A DNA stretch of 44,404 bases from Anaerolineae bacterium (lineage in GTDB: Bacteria; Chloroflexota; Anaerolineae; S016-19). Each line of letters opens with the position of its first letter. Positions within the stretch are counted from its first letter, which is position 1. The notes beneath the pieces are model-generated. The model was not told where the DNA came from, searched no databases, and saw only the letters and a program-made list of their open reading frames with translations. The stretch covers positions 1-44,404 of the forward strand of contig WFSD01000025.1 in assembly GCA_015486235.1 (NCBI GenBank). The letters run 5' to 3'. The translations under genes and the position numbers were made by a program. Shown here piece after piece: positions 42,922-44,404 of the stretch.

Positions 42922-44404
42922 GTGAACCTACAAGCTGTCATCTTTGATCTGGATGGCGTCGTTACCGACACTGCTGAATATCACTACCAGGCCTGGAAGC
43001 GATTGGCCGATGAGGAAGGGCTGCCCTTCGATCGGGAGATCAACGAAAGGCTGCGTGGTGTGTCCCGGCGCGCCTCGCTGGAGATCATCCTGGGTGACCG
43101 ACAGGCAACCGAGGCGCAAATAGCCGAGATGATGGAGCGCAAAAACAGCTACTACGTCGCCATGCTGAAGCAGGTAACGCAGGCGGATCTGCTGCCGGGA
43201 GTGTTGCCACTGCTCCAGGAGCTCCACGCAGCCGGGATCAAAATCGCCATCGGCTCGGCCAGCAAGAATGCCAGAACTGTGCTGGCTGCCCTCGGCATCG
43301 AAGACCTGCTGGACGCCATAGCCGACGGGTACAGCACCGGGCGCCCCAAGCCAGCACCAGATCTTTTCCTCAAAGCAGCAGAGATGTTGAACGTGTCCCC
43401 GGGTAACTGTGCGGTGGTCGAGGATGCCGCAGCCGGGATCGACGCCGCGCTGGCGGCCGGGATGTGGTCTATCGGTTTAGGGCCAGACGAGCGGGTCGGG
43501 CATGCGCATGCCCGCTTCGACAGTCTTGATGGTGTCACGCTGGCCGACATCCGCAACGCGCTGGAGGCAGCCTCCTGGACTGTGACCGAGCCAACTTTCG
43601 ATCCCGCTAGTCAGCATCAAAAAGAGACAATGTTTACGGTCGGCAACGGCTATCTGTGCGTGCGCGGCACTTTCGAAGAGGGTTACCCCGGCGACAGGCC
43701 AGCCTCCTTTGTCCATCGAGTGTGGGATGACAGGCCAGTCAACTTTACCGAGCTGGCCAACATTCCCCACTGGTGGGGGGTGGACATCTGGATCAATGGT
43801 GTCCGTTTTCAACTGAACAAAGGTAAGGTGCTGAGTTACCGCCGACAATTGGATCTGCGCACCGGCGTTCTATCCCGGACTGTACGATGGCAGCCGGTTG
43901 CCGACGGCCCGGTGGTTGACATCCATTTCGAGCGCTTTGCCAGCCTGGCCAATCCCCATCTTGCTGCCGTGCAAGCACAAATTCGAGCGGTCGAAGGGCA
44001 GGCAGATCTGCGGCTACGCACGGGGCTGAACGTCCACGTGGAGAACACCGGCCTGCTCCATTGGCAGTTGGTCGAGCAGGAGCAGATGCCTGACGAAGTC
44101 CGGCTCCACGCGCGTACCCGGTCTACTGGCATCGAGTTAGCCATGGTGGCAACAGTAAGCATGTCTGGCACCATTCCCTGGACTATTGGAACCTGCGACG
44201 CCGATGGACAGCCTGCTATAGAGCGGCGGGCAGTACTACATGCGGGTGATTACCTGGTAGTGGACAAGTTCGTCGGGATAGTCACAAACAACGAGTCCAC
44301 TGACCCCATGCAGACAGCAACAGATGTGGCCCGGGAGGCTGCGACACGCGGGTACGTGGCTTTGCGAACCGCCAGTGACGCCGAGTGGGCCAAGGCCTGG
44401 GAAA
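42922..44404 (+). CDS. Beta-phosphoglucomutase (HAD) fused in frame to a GH65 disaccharide phosphorylase; 3'-truncated by the window edge
   Basis: This ORF is not in the supplied track because it has no stop codon. I translated frame 1 by hand from the GTG at 42922 (in-frame TAA at 42916) to the window end and found no stop. HAD motifs: FDLDGVVTDT, GSASKN, KPAPD, VEDAAAG. These are followed by the GH65 N-terminal signature ETMFTVGNGYLCVRGTFEEGYPG. Confidence 0.8.
   Translation, partial: MNLQAVIFDLDGVVTDTAEYHYQAWKRLADEEGLPFDREINERLRGVSRRASLEIILGDRQATEAQIAEMMERKNSYYVAMLKQVTQADLLPGVLPLLQELHAAGIKIAIGSASKNARTVLAALGIEDLLDAIADGYSTGRPKPAPDLFLKAAEMLNVSPGNCAVVEDAAAGIDAALAAGMWSIGLGPDERVGHAHARFDSLDGVTLADIRNALEAASWTVTEPTFDPASQHQKETMFTVGNGYLCVRGTFEEGYPGDRPASFVHRVWDDRPVNFTELANIPHWWGVDIWINGVRFQLNKGKVLSYRRQLDLRTGVLSRTVRWQPVADGPVVDIHFERFASLANPHLAAVQAQIRAVEGQADLRLRTGLNVHVENTGLLHWQLVEQEQMPDEVRLHARTRSTGIELAMVATVSMSGTIPWTIGTCDADGQPAIERRAVLHAGDYLVVDKFVGIVTNNESTDPMQTATDVAREAATRGYVALRTASDAEWAKAWE

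Overview
The window looks bacterial: it has sigma70-type -35/-10 boxes, strong GGAGG ribosome-binding sites, and LacI/GntR/LuxR-type regulators. It is dominated by tungstate/molybdate uptake and formate/hydrogen metabolism.

Gene content, left to right:
- A 5'-truncated S8 (subtilisin-like) peptidase.
- On the minus strand, a GntR-HTH/PBP-like regulator plus wtpA, then a low-GC modA-modB-modC-modD cassette, then wtpB-wtpC.
- A GAF histidine kinase and LuxR-type response regulator pair.
- A formate-hydrogenlyase-type locus: Cys-type formate dehydrogenase, an FeS subunit, two antiporter-like membrane subunits, and hycD/E/F/G.
- The maturation genes hycI-hypA-hypB-hypF-hypC-hypD-hypE.
- A PsiE-like membrane protein and a tungsten-type aldehyde:ferredoxin oxidoreductase.
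- A five-gene operon of unknown substrate (SDR, degenerate SDR, transglutaminase-like protein, MFS transporter, FGGY kinase) with a convergent FadR-type regulator.
- A LacI regulator with two identical palindromic operators.
- A beta-phosphoglucomutase::GH65 phosphorylase fusion ORF that runs off the right edge.

I saw no rRNA, tRNA or CRISPR array.

The most unusual signal is a ~160-bp structured, MITE-like intergenic repeat present four times (about 4114-4274 on the minus strand, and 10461-10616, 34340-34496 and 41376-41538 on the plus strand). Each copy carries a 14-16-bp perfect hairpin that is kept intact by compensatory substitutions. Two copies are flanked by perfect 6-bp direct repeats. 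Each copy is followed at a fixed distance by a sigma70-like promoter that fires into a long leader of the next operon; three of these promoters are near-consensus and one is weak.

Other points worth a second look are an apparently native wtp operon split by a low-GC mod cassette, a compositionally foreign hydrogenlyase module, and a candidate oxyanion-sensing GntR/PBP regulator. All homology statements come from reading the translated ORFs and recalling family motifs. No database search was run.
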